DNA from: Azolla caroliniana
Taxonomy: Eukaryota; Plantae; Polypodiophyta
Assembly: GCA_043228905.1 (NCBI GenBank)
Contig: JBHGNT010000014.1
Span: 4,092,001-4,156,000, forward strand
DNA: 64,000 nucleotides
Direction: 5' to 3'
The position numbers were made by a program, and so were the translations under genes. Shown here piece after piece: positions 1 through 11,159 of the stretch. How positions within the stretch are numbered: position 1 is the stretch's first letter; the number at the start of each line of letters is the position of its first letter. The notes below the pieces were generated by a model, which worked only from the letters and a program-made list of their open reading frames with translations, had not been told where the DNA came from and did not search any database.

Positions 1-2384
1 AGGATGAGGCTTACCGGGCATTGAAAGTACTGTTATCACAAGCACCGGTGGTGCAACCACCAAACTGGTCGAAAGAATTCCACGTGTTTGAGGATGCGTC
101 CGACATAGCAATCGACAACGCACTAATGCAACTGATGGAACCGAAATGGTACCGACCGGTCTATTATGCTAGCCGGAAGCTATCCCAGGCAGAACGGAAT
201 TATTCAACAATGGAAAGAGAAGCCTTAGGGATGATTTACAGTGTTACCAAGTTCAGGCACTATTTATTGGGAAGGAATCTTTCTTTCCATGTCGACCACT
301 CAGCGCTATTATATTTGGTCTCAAAGGCATCACTCACCAGCAAGTTGGCCCGATGGACATTGTTGCTTCAAGAGTTCGAGTTCCAAATATATCACCGGCT
401 GGGGATACAGCATGCGGTTGCCGATTATCTGAGCCGGTTAGACTCCAGTGAGACTGGTGACGGAGTCCCGAATGAGTTTCCGGATGCTGAGTTGTTTAAA
501 GTAACGGCCGAAACGGCAACTATTGGCATGGTAGTCGACGAAGACAAGTGGATAACCAACATGCATCAATTCCTAAGCATGAGACTTCCACCGGAGGAGA
601 TGAACCGGGATGAGCGGAAGCGGTTAGCGGTGCAAAGTCGACATTTTTGTCTACTACAAGACACTCTGTACCACAAAGGTGCGGATGGCATATGTTGGCG
701 AGCAGTACGAAGCGACGAAAAGGACATGATATTACGAGAAGCGCACTGTGGCGTGGTCGGACGACAAGGAAGATATGGCACAGCAGGCTATGGTGGCCGA
801 TGACACTGAAGGTCTCGGTTCGGTACGCGAAGATCTGTGATTTATGTCAACGGATGGGCCAACCAATAGAACATGCAAGGATGCCTCACCAGCCGGTGCT
901 ACCCTTAGAACCATTTCAGAAATGGGGGTTGTATTTCGTTGGGCCATTTAAACCTCCGGCAATAGATATGTCATAGTTGACAGGAACTGCACGCTCCCTA
1001 TACGCAACGCTCGGTCACAACCGAGTTTAGAAGCATACACAGAAAAACGGGAAAGAAAGCACGACGCGAAGAAGAGAAGAGTACACAGGATGTTTATGTG
1101 GAAAACCCAAACTAAGGGACAAAACCACGGTAGCCCACAGGCTGCAAACTATCACTATGTTAGAATGTACAACAGTGAGTTCACAGAGGCAACGACCTCG
1201 TGCTCACGATCCTTGCCATAGGCGGTGGTTACAACAAAGGCAACGACCTCTTTCTCTCTCTCTCTCTCATTGTACACAGTTACGCGCTCTCTCTTTTCTT
1301 GCACCAACAAGAATGACAACAACATCAGTCTAAAAGTTTGCCCTAAGTCATATTTATACTAATATGACTTTTCGGCTATTTACAAATATAGCCTCAATGG
1401 ACTCTCAGAAACATATTTACGAATATGTCTCTTTATCCGGTGAGCATTCCTCACCGGGTCTGCACCATCCGGCTCTCCGTAGCCGGGTACTCCTCAGCCT
1501 ATCGGCCTCGGCCGAGTTTGTTCATCAGCACTGTTCTTCTCCCTTCCCATCCGGAGGGACCTATCTCCCAACAATAGTCGCCACTGATTATTGCACCAAG
1601 TGGGTAGAAGCCAAGGCGTTGTGGGACAACACTGTGGTTTCAACGGCAATGTTCTTATATGAGTACATTTGGTGCTGGTATGGATGCCCGATCGAGTTAA
1701 TTAGCGACCAAGGCGGACATTTTCTCGGTCAAGTAGTGGAGAGCTTAACAACATTTTATGCAGTCATACACAATCGCAATACCCCGTATTATCCACAGGA
1801 CAATGGACTGGCCGAATCCACAAACAAAACGCTCCAAAACATCCTCCGAAAGATCGTCAATGAAAACCGGACCGATTGGGACACCAAACTGTATAGTGCA
1901 CTATGGGCATACCGGATAACATACAAAACAAGTATCCGGTTAACACCATTCCGGTTAGCATTTGGGCTTGAAGCAGTAATGTTGATCGAATTTCAGGTTC
2001 CGAGTTTGCGGATCTAGGTTAGAGAACCACTAAGTGAAAAGGAATCAGAAAAAATCGGGTTAGCCGCATTATGTGAACTCAAGGAGCATCAGATAGCGAG
2101 TCTCATGCAGTTGGAGCTGGAGCAGTGACGAAGGAATGCATTTGTCGATCGGCACTGGAAGGGCAATGAGAAGATGTTCGGGATCGGCAAACCGGTATTC
2201 GTGTTCTCGACCCGGATGGATCAGATGTCGGGAAAGCTACGGTTCCGGTGGACCGGACCGTATTGGATAACACGGGAATTCAATGGTTCATACCAGCTCG
2301 AAATGCTAGCCGGTGAGATAATAGGCAAATGGGTCAATGGGTTTCGACTCAAACTGTATTGTGGGCCGATGCCATAGAACCCGT
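1..2384 (+). pseudogene. pol: pol remnant of A (RNase H, integrase zinc finger and core)
   Basis: Motifs DASD..YYASRKLSQAERNYST, HCG..CDLCQ, ATDYCTKWVEA, ISDQG, PYYPQ.NGLAES and WTGPY; interrupted by frameshifts, stops and the solo LTR. Confidence 0.95.
978..1573 (-). mobile_element. Solo LTR, probably Copia family
   Basis: TG...CA ends with a 5-bp TSD ATAGT (973-977 and 1574-1578) splitting the integrase NRYVIV|ATDY. Shares ATGTTTAYGTGGAAA and CCATCYGGAGGGAC...CCCAACA blocks with the LTRs at 34552 and 35242. Confidence 0.9.
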
Positions 2385-3010
2385 TGTCGTGAAGAAAACC
2401 GTCCACAAGCAGAATCTGTGCACCGGGGCGTAGGAACCGGCTCTTCATGCACGTGCGCCTTATGTTGTACATAGGAGATCCTAGGCTGGTAGATTCGGTA
2501 GGTAGGAAGTAAAGGGGAAACGGCTTCTTCCTTGCCTACAAAAGGAGGGGGACGAGGAGGGGTGAAGGGGTCGCGAAGTAAGGGAGGACGAAGTGCTGTC
2601 GGATTGTGGGCCGAAGGCTTCTCTCTCTTCCAAACTCCATAGCTTCTTTCTGTGCAAGTTTCGGGAGGCTCGCGCTGCTCTGAGGAATGCCCGAGTGCTT
2701 CCGGCAGCACCTCCAACCTACTTCTTCCTTTCTGTACGTTTACGAACAGGCATCAGCATCTGTTCACCGGCCTGTTCAGTTGTAACCGACTTCGTGTTTG
2801 TTGTTTGTCTTGTTTATATATATTTCTACATACATTCGTGTCTCTCTGTGTCGCTGTCGCACTTGCGTCTCTGCGTCGAAGGGCCGTGTCCCTGTGAATC
2901 TACGCTAGCACCTTGTGGGTCTCTTCCCCTCCCCTTTTCTCCCTTGCTCTTCGGTACAGGACCCCCGAGGTCCTGCCTCATTCCACGCATACGCGAGGGA
3001 TACCTCGACA
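2385..3010 (+). repeat. 5' LTR of B
   Basis: TGTCGT...CTCGACA; about 19 substitutions versus 8732-9357 by eye (about 97% identical). Confidence 0.97.
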
Positions 3011-3013
3011 TCT

Positions 3014-3030
3014 TGGTGAACCCGACGTGA
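3014..3030 (+). promoter_or_regulatory. Primer binding site complementary to the tRNA-Trp 3' end
   Basis: TGGTGAACCCGACGTGA lies 3 nt after the LTR and is the reverse complement of the plant tRNA-Trp end TCACGTCGGGTTCACCA. The gag ATG overlaps its last base. Confidence 0.85.
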
Positions 3031-5176
3031 TGGAGGCGGCAGAAGAGCAGAAGATGAAGGGGTCGGATCTTGCAGAGGCCATGGCTTCGGCCATGGATCG
3101 GATATTGAGTGCACGCGAGGGCACCGGCGCCCTCGACAGAGCCATTGAGGCGATCGTCGATACGATCGGCCGGTTCAGCGGAAAGGATGCCACGAAGTAT
3201 TTGGCGTCCTACGGGGCAGAAATGCTGATGCAGGACATTCCGGAAGAGAGGCGTCTCGCCGGGTTTCCTCGAGTAGCGATGCCGAGCATCCATGCGGAGG
3301 TGCTCGAGGTGCGGGCGGAGAGCCGTACCTGGGAGGAGTTCGAAGGCCGACTCCTAGAAAAATATGGGCTGGACGATGCGCTCCGGCTTTCGAAACGAGA
3401 CTTCATGGAATGGGTGGAGTCCCCGGCAAGGGAAGAAACGCGTCGGCACTCCTCCGGGAGTTCGAAGAATGCTTTGCGCGCCTTTCGGCGCTTGACCGAA
3501 CCGTTCTGGATACGAGCCAGGTCCTACTGTTCGTCAAGTCGGTGGACGAGCGGGACCGGGATCAAGTCGGCTCCTTGCTGGAAACCGAAGACGGGCTGAC
3601 AACCGACTGGGCTGTGGTTAAGAGAGTCTGTGGCCGTTTCGACAAACGGCGAGAATGGGCTGACAACAGGGCGGCCGGTGCGGGCTCTGTCACAGCAAGG
3701 AGGCTTGAACCGGCACCGCAAGTGCGAAGGGAAGAAACCCGGGAATGGCTCGAAACCGGTCCGGCTTCGACCGGCATGGTCAATGGCTCGTCCGGAGGAG
3801 CAGCGCTGGAGGAGTTGACGCGGGCGATAAAGGATCTCTAGATCGCCCAGACTCGAAGGGAAGGCGGCGAACCGGCTCGTGACCGATGGCCGGCAGCAGG
3901 GAACAGGTGCATGTGGTGCGACGAGGTCAGCCACATTCGGAAGGACTGCGGCGATTTCGCAGAGGCGTTGAGGAACCGGGTGGTGTACCTGTGGGAAGGC
4001 CGGGTGCACGCCGGCGACACCAGGAGGGCCCTGAACCGAAACGACGGGCGAGGAGGTATGAAGAGACTGATGGAAGAGGCAGCAGCCCGACACGTAGAGG
4101 CCATCCTCTACTCGGCGTCGGCCGGAATTCGGGTGGGGGGCAGCGAGGCCTGAATAGAGGGCAAAGACAGATTCTGGTCGGCAATGCTGGAAGGTCTTGC
4201 CGGCGCACAGCTAAGGAAAGATGAAACGGACCGCGCTGAGAGACGGGTCCGAGAAATAACCGGATGGAGCGATCCGGTCGAGGAGAAGACGGGCTTCGTA
4301 GAAGCCGCCTGCCGGAACTACGAGGCTCTCGTAGAAGACAAACGAGTGGGGAAAGCCGGAGCGGCCGGGCCCTCACAACGGTACGAGACCCGATTCGGGC
4401 AACGACGGAACGATGCCGGTGGGTCCAGCGCGCAAGATAACCCCAGGAAGGGCGGATACCGACTGGGGACGGAAATAGAAAGGACTACTGACCTACGAAA
4501 GGTCCTAGAAGAACGGATCCTCGATAGCAAAGTGGAGTTGTCATTGCGAGAGGTGCTAGGGATCGCAAAGGAGTTCCACGACTCCATTGTGGACCTGGTG
4601 AAATGGAAGAGGCTGTCGACGGAGACGAAACCGGAAAGACCGGTGGAGGTGCAGACGACGCACATCGACGACATGGCGCTGAAAGATGAGTGGGTGGAGA
4701 GCCACTATTCAAGGCCGCACTGTGCCCGAGCGACCACGGAGACCCCGGTAAAGATCGGAGATGTTCAGGAACCGGTGGTGGCAATGGTGGACCACGGTTC
4801 AGAAATAAACCTGATGTCCATGGACTTCTATAAGAAGGGAAAGTGGTCGATCAACACCAAACATGGGTGGAAGATACGAGCGGCGACGCGCGCCACCGAG
4901 GAACTGCACGGGGCCTGCCCGAACGTGCGAGTCAAGATCGGCGACGTCGAGATTGACCAGCACTTCTTCGTACAAGAGACGTCCTCGCACCCGGTCATAT
5001 TAGGGGAACCGTACTTCACGGCGGCGCGAATGGAGACCAAGGTGTTGGACAACGGTTCGGCCTACGCGAGGGTCAAAAGCCAGGACGGGCGCCATTCGGT
5101 TCAATTTTTGACGGTGCGGCCGAACCACGAGAGAAACCGCGAATCCCTCGGTGGCGAGAACCGGGAGGATTTTTAG
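3030..5176 (+). pseudogene. gag: gag-protease of B (one frameshift, in-frame stops)
   Basis: Gag-like N-terminus, CCHC knuckle CMWCDEVSHIRKDC and aspartic protease AMVDHGSEINLM...VILGEP; ends at TAG 5174-5176. Confidence 0.9.
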
Positions 5177-8100
5177 AGAGGGCTGCCAAGGCGTGGGGCC
5201 GAGACAGCCCGGACACTCGGGAAAGACCCCACGACTCTACGATAGAACCGAAACCGAAGGAACCCTGTACGATAAGTAGGAAATTCTGCTTCTCCAACAA
5301 CGGAGGGTGTATGATAGTCAGCATCGTCGGCCGAGAAAAGACAAGGGCAGAAGTGCGACTTCGAGCGTGCGGAGTTCTCGGCCCGGACGAGGAAATCAGC
5401 GGAGCCGTGGAGGCGGTCTCCTTCAACGACACCTTGGGAATGCTGGGGGAGGTAGCCGGAGAAGACCTTAATGAAGACCGGACGATACCGGTATGTTCCA
5501 AAGAGATGTACAAAGTCATCGCGAACTTCAGGTCGGATCGGACGGCCCGAGTTAGCACGAAGTACAAGACTGTGGACCGGAAGGTAAGGCCCGTCGCGGC
5601 ACCCTTACCGGAGGGCAGCGAGTCCCGAATCAGAGGGGTTGCGTCGGACCCCAGTTTACGAGATCGGGCCTGCATAGGACACACCTTCACCGACGGGACG
5701 CTCCGGGGGCTCAAGATCGGTGGGGGCGGGTTCCTACTGCCTACGGAGGAAGACCGGTTTCGGAGAATGCTCGGAAGGCACGGGAAAGCCTTCGCGTTTT
5801 CGCCGGAAGAGATCGGGTGCGTAGACCCGACGATTGTGGAGCCGATGGTGATATTCACGGTACCACATGTGCCGTGGAATCTCAAGCCGATTCCAGTACC
5901 GAGAGCCCACATCCCGAATTTGATGGAGCTATTGAGGCAAAAAGTCGATATGGGCATTCTCGAACCGTCGAGTGCCCCATACTCGAACCGATGGTTTACC
6001 GTACCAAAGAAAAACGGAACATTGCGCTTCATTCAGGACCTGCAGCCGATCAACAGAGTGACCATTCGGAACGCAGGAATCGGACCGACCATGGACGAGT
6101 TCGCAGAGGCCTTCGCCGGAAGGTCGATTTACTCGGTCGGTGATCTGTACTCGGGGTACGACCAGTTCCAACTAGTCGTGGAGAGCAGAGACATTACGAC
6201 GATGCGAACCCCCCTCGGCCTAGTGCGAATGTGTACCCTGCCACAAGGAGGGACCAACTCGGTAGCCCACATGGTGAATGCAATGAACAAGGTACTGAGG
6301 GATTGCATCCCGAACATCACCACGCCGTTTCTAGACGACATCCCGATCAAGGGGTGCCCGGTGGAGGAGAAGGACGAGACAGTCGGGCCGGACGGATGCC
6401 GATGATTCGTGGCGACACACATCGACGACTGCGAGAAGGTGTTACAAAGGCTAGAGGATGCGAGGCTCACCTTCTCCGGGGAGAAATCGGCCTTCGGGCA
6501 ATCAGAAATCCTGGTAGTCGGACACCTATGTGGACCATATGGCCGGAAGCCGTCTCCGGCAAAGGTAGAAGCCATCTCCGCGATGAAGACCGATTGTAGC
6601 TCGGTTACGGAAGTTCGGAGGTTCCTAGGGGCATGCGCGTTCTACCACATATGGATCCCGCATTATGCCCACGTGGTGGAGCCGCTATACGGGTTGCTGA
6701 AGAAAGGGCGAAAATTCGAGTGGCGAGACGAGCACACGGAGTCGGTCCGGAAGCTGAAGGAAGCTCTTGCGGCAGCACCGACGCTCTAGAAGGCTGTCTA
6801 CGAGAAGGGTACCCCGGTATACATAACGGTGGATACGAGTCCGACCGGGATCGGGTGGGTTGTCAATCAAGAAGATGAGGACGGCATTCGGTTCCCGATC
6901 CGATTCGGTGCGAAGGTCCTCAGTGAGCGACAGCGAGGGTACGCCCAGGTTAAACGCGAACTCTGAGGTATCGTTTCGGCAGTAAAGGCCGACAAAGACT
7001 ACCTGATAGGGACAGAAGTGATTATCGAGACGGATTGCCTGCCAATTCTTAGCATGGTTTCCGGATGCGCGACACCGAACCTGGCGATGCTCAGGTGGAT
7101 AGCGTACATCAAGTCCCTAGACCCGGAAATACGGCACATTTCCGGAAAGGACAACGCCATGGCCGACATGCTTTCGAGGGTGAGGTTTGATGACGAGGGC
7201 GGCATGGTTTCGGACGACGAAGAAGTCGGCGTGGACTTCTTCGAGGCAGCGTACGTGACGACCGATGGGACAAGCACTCCGGCACTTAACGACTTCGACG
7301 AGAGCAAGTACGACGGCGAGTGGCTCCAGATCGGTGGATTTTTGAGGACGATGACGCCGGATGCGTCGTGGACGAAGGACGATGCCAACCGGATCCGGAA
7401 GAAAGCTTACCGATTCTTTCTCCGGGACGGATACTTATGGAAGCACCCGAAGAAGAGGAACGGCGTCCCGCTCCGGGTGGTGGTGATGAAGGAAGAACAG
7501 GAGGAGCTGCTGACGGGCTACCACGACAGCCCTTGGGCTGGACACCGTGGAATGTGGGCCACGTTCGAGAAGATAAAGGGGAAGTACTGGTGGCCGGGAC
7601 TGTACCGGGACGTGCATCGGTTCGTGACAACTTGCGAGAGCTGTCAGATGCACTCCATAGTCCGGCATCGGGACGAGCTTCACCCTACGTACCCTCCGAC
7701 CATCCACTTCAAATGGATGGTAGATCTGGTGACGATGCCGATGGGCGTAGGACAGATGCAGTATCTGATCCTGGCTCGGGAAGATCTGACGAACCAGGTG
7801 GAAGGCCGAGCCCTTCAGAACAAAACGACCGCGGCCGTATGTCGGTTCCTGATCGAGGACGTGATATGCCGGTACGGGTGCGTCGGGAAGATCGTGGCTG
7901 ATCGCGGGGAGTTGGACGCCGAAGAGGCCGAGGAGCTGTTCGACCGGCTAGGAGTCAAGCTCTCGCTTACCACTGCGTACAATCCGGAGGCGAATGGGAA
8001 GGTGGAGCGCGGACACGGACCGATCGTTAAGGCGTTAGTTCGGGCATGCAGAGGTCAAGTCGGGAACTGGCCGCGACTGTTGCCTTACGCGTTGTGGGCG

Positions 8101-8658
8101 GACCGAACTACGCACAGTTCGGTAACCGGATTCATGCCGGCAGAGCTCATGTTTGGGCAGAAGCCGATCATGCCAATGGAACGTACGATCTCCTCATGGG
8201 CAACCGTGGACTGGAGAGACGAGATGAGCCGGGAGGAACTGTTGACGGCGCGTATACGGCAGCTCGAGCGAAGACCGGAGGACGTAGAGTGAGCTACGGA
8301 AAAGCTTCGGGTGGCAAGGACGAGGAACAAAGCCCGGTTCGACCAGATGCACCGGCTCCGACCAAAGAAGATCGAGGAAGGCGACTGGGTGCTAGTCTAC
8401 GACAGCAGCCTCGACAACCAGCACCGAGCAACACAGAAGTTCGCAAGAAGGTGGTTCGGGCCTTACGTGGTCCAAAGCACCAACGACAACGGGACGTACC
8501 ATCTGGCGGAGCTCGATGGCACGAGAATGGCGCTACCGGTAGCTGGGAAGCGGATCAAAGCGTTCAAGAAGCGTCACGACGACGAGCCGGACCCGATTAA
8601 CCTGGACCGGGACGACAAACGATCCGAAACCAACGAAGAACCGACGGGCGGGGAATAA
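5173..8658 (+). pseudogene. pol: RT-RNase H-integrase of B (single frame, several in-frame stops)
   Basis: RT motifs LRFIQDLQP, DLYSGYDQ, LPQG and FLDD; RNase H VDTS...ETDC; integrase HHCC, VDLV, VADRG, NGKVER, WFGPY. No chromodomain. Confidence 0.95.
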
Positions 8659-8731
8659 AGGCTGGACCGGTTTTCTCTGTCCCAACTCAATTTGGCGCAT
8701 GCCGGTGGATGCGCGGTTAGGTGGGGGCGGA

Positions 8732-9357
8732 TGTCGTGAAGAAAACCGTCCACAAGCAGAATCGGTGCACCGGGGCGTAGGAACCGGCTCTTCATGCACG
8801 TGCGCCTTATGTTGTACATAGGAGATCCTAGGCTGGTAGATTCGGTAGGTAGGAAGTAAAGGGGAAACGGCTCCTTCCTTGCCTACAAAAGGAGGGGGAC
8901 GAGGAGGGGCGAAGGGGTCGTGAAGTAAGGGAGGACGAAGTGTTGTCGGATTGTGGGCCGAAGGCTTCTCTCTCTTCCAAACTCCATAGCTTCTTTCTGT
9001 GCAGGTTTCGGGAGGCTCGCGCTACTCTGAGGAATGCCCGAGTGCTTCCGGCAGCACCTCCAACCTACTTCTTCCTTTCTGTATGTTTACGAACAAGCAT
9101 CGGCATCTGTTCGCTGGCATGTTCGGTTGTAACCGACTTCGTGCTTGTTGTTTGTCTTGTTTATATATATTTCTACATACATTCGTGTCTCTCTGTGTCG
9201 CTGTCGCACTCGCGTCTCTGCGTCGAAGGGCCGTGTCCCTGTGAATCTACGCTCGCACCTTGTGGGTCTCTTCCCCTCCCCTTTTCTCCCTTGCTCTTCG
9301 GTACAGGACCCCCGAGGTCCCGCCTCATTCCACGCATCCGCGAGGGATACCTCGACA
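8732..9357 (+). repeat. 3' LTR of B
   Basis: Direct repeat of 2385-3010, followed by the TSD CCGT. Confidence 0.97.
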
Positions 9358-11159
9358 CCGTTCGAACAGATGGAGGCTGACACAACAGTATTAAGTAGGG
9401 AAAAATCACCCGACGGGTAGGCAAAACCGGCGTTACCGGATAACAACCACCAGGTTCTCGACAAAAGTAAATATGGGAAAAAACCGGGATACAGACCGAG
9501 TGCTTTCGGTTAACTCAAACTCAATTGGAAAAAAAAAGACAAAAAAGAAAAAAAGAAAAAGAAAAGTCATCATGCAGAGGTGAGGAGCGAATGGGCACTT
9601 TGAAAAGGTATGGTGGGTGGTAACCGACTGCTATATTAGTACAGGAAGTGCATGCGCGGGAATCAAGAAAAGGCGCCACACATGGAGAAAGAAAACCCAC
9701 TCCGCGCAGAGTCCCTTTCATTTCGCGAACATAGAGATCTCAACGCCCACAGGCGATTACAAGTGATCATGCGAGAGCACGCAAAGCACGCAGGCGCACC
9801 CATCTCACCACAACCTACCGACTCTGAAGACGATATGGAATGCATGGTACTCTCAGAAGCGGCTAAGAAATGGCTGAAGCAACACGGTCTAGAGGGATTC
9901 TTGCGGATAGTCGAGGCACCGCCACATGGAGATGCGGAAAATGCCATTAAAAACATCGACACGGAGGTCATCACTGAGGAAGCGACCTGAGCCATGACCG
10001 GCCTATTGGAAGGGGGGATCTACTTGATCGACAACCCTTCGTCGGAGCAGCTGACGGGGTATTTTGGGGAATACTCCTTGGGCAGCAAGGCGTACCGAAC
10101 GCAAAGCAGTGAAGATCTCTTGTTTCGGGAAATTGCTCAGGTACTCCACGAGTATGGCCATGTGTACCCCCGACCATCGGCGATGCCCAGGAATAGAGCA
10201 TGTCTGATCATAGCCACCTACAAGGGAGTACAGGTGGAATGGCCGGTAATGATTGCTGACGGCCTGAGCGTTGCCATCGTCTCGATAAAAGATGGCAAAA
10301 AGATGTGGATTGCAGTGGCGCAATGGCTCACTCTGTTAGCACCGCCAGTGGAGCCCATGAAACAAAGCAAGAGGGGAAGACCGACAGAAGCGATCCCCAA
10401 AACGGCTTCAAAATGGCAGCAACTCCTGGCTACCCAAGAAAAGGAACGGCCTAATCAGAAGCGGCTAACTGAGAAGGAGGCATCGGTGGAGACCTCGGGG
10501 AGACCGTTGAAAATCAAGCTACGCCTGTCTGAGCAACAAGCAGAGCAGCAACCGGAGAAAACGTAGGGGCAGGACCCCTTGGCAGTGGTAATCAGCAACG
10601 AGACCCTGGAAGAAGACCAGCAGGAAGACGAGCCAACTGAGACGCTGCTACGGTGTCGCCAGACAAGAGAAAAGGGCCACAAAGGGGGAACATCAAGGCT
10701 ACCGGAGAACAATAGACGGGAACCCTCCCTTGAGGAGCCACAACTGAGGAAGGCGGTAGAACTGCCTCAACAAGAATCGGGAACGGAGCAAGGGCTACGG
10801 CAGGACATCGCGGAACCAGCGGTCCATGATGCAACAGTACGAGTGAATCAAGAACCGGTCATCGAATTGCCGGCATCATTTCCGCTGCAGCAACAGCCAG
10901 AATGGGAGCGGTTGTGTGACATAATTGTCAATAGTGGGCTCGTGACCAGTGGAAACGCCATCCCACGACCAGAACCGGCACAACCACAAGGCACCGACAG
11001 TCGATGGCTCCGATGGGTAGCAGAACATGTGACTGGTGTTGTCGGCCAGTTAGAAGTGGAAGAAAAAACGCATGAAGCCCGGTTGCTAGCCACAATTGAG
11101 GAATTAGAGAGGGCCCTGTCAAGAATCCGGAGCATGGAAGAAGACATAGAGAAGGCCAG

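Larger units (their letters stand above)
2385..9357 (+). mobile_element. Element B: full-length Ty3/gypsy LTR retrotransposon, tRNA-Trp primed, about 7 kb
   Basis: 626-bp LTR pair, 4-bp TSD CCGT, PBS, gag-PR-RT-RH-INT and a G-rich PPT at 8715-8731. Confidence 0.97.

Noticed and set aside
2593-3030. 145-aa ORF, repeated at 8940-9380
   Set aside because: It lies wholly in the B LTR, has a non-ATG start and is duplicated only because the LTRs are duplicated.
5073-6032. 319-aa antisense ORF and similar shadow ORFs over B, G and the LINEs
   Set aside because: These are antisense shadows of GC-rich coding sequence with no recognisable motifs.
3838-8292. Programmed stop-codon readthrough in B
   Set aside because: The scattered TAG/TGA codons fit C>T or G>A decay of CAG/CGA/TGG codons rather than a conserved signal.
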